From Zymomonas mobilis subsp. mobilis ATCC 10988 (GTDB lineage: Bacteria; Pseudomonadota; Alphaproteobacteria; Sphingomonadales; Sphingomonadaceae): DNA of 32,000 nt. Made by a program: the position numbers and the translations under genes. The notes beneath the pieces are model-generated. The model did not search any database. It worked only from the letters and a program-made list of their open reading frames with translations, and was not told the DNA's origin. The stretch is from assembly GCF_000175255.2 (NCBI RefSeq), contig NC_017262.1:1920001-1952000 (forward strand), in the 5' to 3' direction. Positions 29,827 through 32,000 of the stretch are shown here, piece by piece. Every line of letters begins with the position of its first letter. Positions within the stretch are counted from its first letter, which is position 1.

Positions 29827-31526
29827 AATTGCGGCGGCTATCATCACTGCTGACAGTAACCGTCTTGGCGTCACTGACAGCCGGATGTATTCTGGGGCCT
29901 AAATACAAGCGTTCACAAAATGCGGCTATTGAACGTCCGACAGCCAAAGGCAATTTTGTCAGTAGCCAGAATAAAGCGCTGACAAGAATGCCGGATTTGC
30001 CGGATCATTGGTGGCATCTTTATGACGAGCCTCAATTAGATAAGCTTATCGAAGAAGCCTTTGCCCATAATAATGATCTGAAGGTGGCGGCCGCCGATAT
30101 TACGCGTTCAACGGCCGCCTTGGCACGGGCGCGTGATGCCAAACGCATCGGCACCAATCTGAACACATGGGCAAATTATATCGAATTTTCGGATCAACGA
30201 TATTTGGTCAATAGTGTTAATCGACCGCATATCCCCGATGCCTTTGCTACTTCTTTAGACGCTATTATCTCTTATCAGGTTGACTATCTCGGTCAGCTGC
30301 ATCGCGCTATTGAAGCGGCGAATGCTGATGAAGAAGCCGTCCGTTCTGCCTATGATATGGCGCGTGTTACGGTAGCCGCGAATACGGCACAGGCCTATGT
30401 CGAGGTTTGTGCCACGGGTCATGATATTGCGATTACCAAAGAGCTGATTGCTCTTGCTGAACGTTCAACCGCGTTGATTGCCCGTATGCGCTCGGAAGGG
30501 CGCGCTATGACCACGGATGTCAGACGGCAGATGGCACAGGAAGCCCAAATCAAGGCTGCCTTGCCGCAACAGGTTGCTAGAAAACAGGTCGCTCTTTTCA
30601 GTCTTGCCGTCTTAACCGGTCGTCCACCGGCAGAATTTCCGGCAGAAGTCGCGAATTGCGAAGAAGAGCCGATTTTGCGTCAACCAATACCGGTTGGTGA
30701 TGGTGAAAGCCTGCTTAATCGTCGCCCCGATATTCGCAGTGCTGAATATCGCTTAAGATCAGCCACGGCTGAAATTGGCGTCGCTATGGGTGAAATGTGG
30801 CCTAAAATTACTCTAGGCGCCACCGCAGGCTCAACCGGTATGGCCAGCCATATGTTCGGTGGTCATACCAGAGAATTTAACTTGGGGCCGGGTCTTAGCT
30901 GGCAGGTGCCTAACCGAAATCGGGCGCGCGCTGAAATTTTGGCGGCCAAATCTGAAACCCGCATTGCTGCGGCTCAATTTGATCAGACTGTTTTAAATGC
31001 GCTGAAAGAAACCGAAGCCGCTCTTACAACCTATACCCATGATCTTGATCATCGGGCAGAGGTTGCCTTAGCCCGTGATCGCGCTGCGGCAGCGGATAAA
31101 GACATCCATCGTCTTTTCTCTCTTGGTCGTATCAATGCGTTACCCGTTCTCGATGCTGACCGGACGCTGTTACAATATGAGCAACAGCTCGTCTCTTCTG
31201 ATGGCAAGATTTCAGATGATCAGATCAGAATCTTCTTGGCATTAGGTGGCGGTTGGTCACGGGATAAAGCCGAGATCGAACGCGAACAGAAGACGGGTAC
31301 GGCGCCGTCACCTCGAATTGTCAAAGCGAAGGGTATCATCCAGCAAATTGGCGATATTACGGGTATTCGTGCTGAAATTGGCAAGGGTGGCGACTTATCT
31401 CACGAGAAGGACGCTCATACCAATAACAGCAACAAAGCACCGGAACCGGTTCAGCCCCCGAAACCTCTGACCAATACGCAAGGGGTTCTCAATGAAGAGG
31501 GCGAATTGGAAAGACCAAAAGAATAG
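29823..31526 (+). CDS. Outer-membrane efflux lipoprotein (NodT/OprM/TolC-like)
   Basis: Lipobox LTAGC; PDLPDHWWHLYDEPQLDKLIEEAFAHNNDLKVAAADI; LLNRRPDIRSAEYRLRSATAEIGVAMGEMWPKITLGATAG. GTG start overlaps the upstream stop (GTGA). Confidence 0.94.
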   Translation: MKLRRLSSLLTVTVLASLTAGCILGPKYKRSQNAAIERPTAKGNFVSSQNKALTRMPDLPDHWWHLYDEPQLDKLIEEAFAHNNDLKVAAADITRSTAALARARDAKRIGTNLNTWANYIEFSDQRYLVNSVNRPHIPDAFATSLDAIISYQVDYLGQLHRAIEAANADEEAVRSAYDMARVTVAANTAQAYVEVCATGHDIAITKELIALAERSTALIARMRSEGRAMTTDVRRQMAQEAQIKAALPQQVARKQVALFSLAVLTGRPPAEFPAEVANCEEEPILRQPIPVGDGESLLNRRPDIRSAEYRLRSATAEIGVAMGEMWPKITLGATAGSTGMASHMFGGHTREFNLGPGLSWQVPNRNRARAEILAAKSETRIAAAQFDQTVLNALKETEAALTTYTHDLDHRAEVALARDRAAAADKDIHRLFSLGRINALPVLDADRTLLQYEQQLVSSDGKISDDQIRIFLALGGGWSRDKAEIEREQKTGTAPSPRIVKAKGIIQQIGDITGIRAEIGKGGDLSHEKDAHTNNSNKAPEPVQPPKPLTNTQGVLNEEGELERPKE

Positions 31527-31560
31527 TCATTATTCTTTCAAGTTATTTCGCCTAACAACA

Positions 31561-31597
31561 AAGAAAGCCTGCCATGAAAATGGCAGGCTTTCTTTTA
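31561..31597. terminator. Strong, potentially bidirectional rho-independent terminator after the efflux operon
   Basis: Perfect 15-bp stem AAGAAAGCCTGCCAT / ATGGCAGGCTTTCTT with GAAA tetraloop followed by TT; flanking A/T tracts on both sides between convergent genes. Confidence 0.92.
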
Positions 31598-31651
31598 TCA
31601 ATAAGACTCTATTCGAAAACTGATAGGATTTTCGGCCTAAACAGAACAAGA

Positions 31652-32000
31652 TCACGCAGGAATGGCGACTTTCAAAGCCTTGGTTGAAATTTCTATCGTT
31701 GCAGGGGTGCATCCTCTTGCATCGCCATCGCTTTGTATTGGAATTCTTGTATTAGCCTCAATCTTTACCTTTTCAGCCTTCACAATCTTGATATGCTTAC
31801 AATCAGCAATCTTCCCCATAAAAAAAGCGGCAACCGCATAAAGATAGCTCATTTTGCTAGGCGACTGAAATAACAGGACAGAAAAGGCTTTTTCTTTCTG
31901 TTTTGACCAAGGCAGCAATCTATAATTTCCAGCATAGAAAGCGCCTTTTGAAATAATGACAGCCGTTGCCTTCTCTGTTGCGCGTCCCTCTATTGATACC
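31652..32000 (-). CDS. Hypothetical protein, 5' part beyond the window edge
   Basis: Minus-strand frame stays open through 32000 (reads ...SIEGRATEKATAVIISKGAFYAGNYRLLPWSKQKEKAFSVLLFQ...), so the TTG at 31918 is probably not the true start. No family recognised. Confidence 0.5.
   Translation of the reverse strand, partial: VSIEGRATEKATAVIISKGAFYAGNYRLLPWSKQKEKAFSVLLFQSPSKMSYLYAVAAFFMGKIADCKHIKIVKAEKVKIEANTRIPIQSDGDARGCTPATIEISTKALKVAIPA

Overview
This 32-kb window looks like an ordinary chromosomal segment of an alphaproteobacterium. Protein motifs, the leuS-lptE-holA order and overall composition resemble a Zymomonas/sphingomonad genome; that taxonomic call is inference. Left to right it contains: a 5'-truncated purine nucleoside permease (NUP family) gene; a compact minus-strand operon for dTDP-L-rhamnose synthesis (rfbB-rfbA-rfbC-rfbD) ending in an ABC-2 polysaccharide-export permease; a class I photolyase; a mannitol/polyol dehydrogenase; a small helical unknown protein; tRNA-Pro(TGG); a TraB/GumN-family protein; glyQ-glyS; a divergent pair made of a Wzx/MATE-like flippase and a protein resembling the GINT1 N-terminal beta-propeller-like domain; an FAD-dependent amine/amino-acid oxidoreductase; a small outer-membrane beta-barrel candidate; a nitrilase-family amidohydrolase; a divergent Lrp/AsnC regulator and LysE/RhtB exporter pair; DUF3576 lipoprotein-leuS-lptE-holA; and a four-gene AaeB/AaeX/AaeA-like efflux operon with its own outer-membrane lipoprotein. 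I saw no CRISPR array, transposase, phage genes or recognisable defence system. Nothing clearly amounts to a new biological system. The best leads are the divergent flippase/GINT1-like locus, the rhamnose plus export-permease operon without its ATPase, the small OMP and 130-aa orphans, and a palindrome between lrp and lysE.
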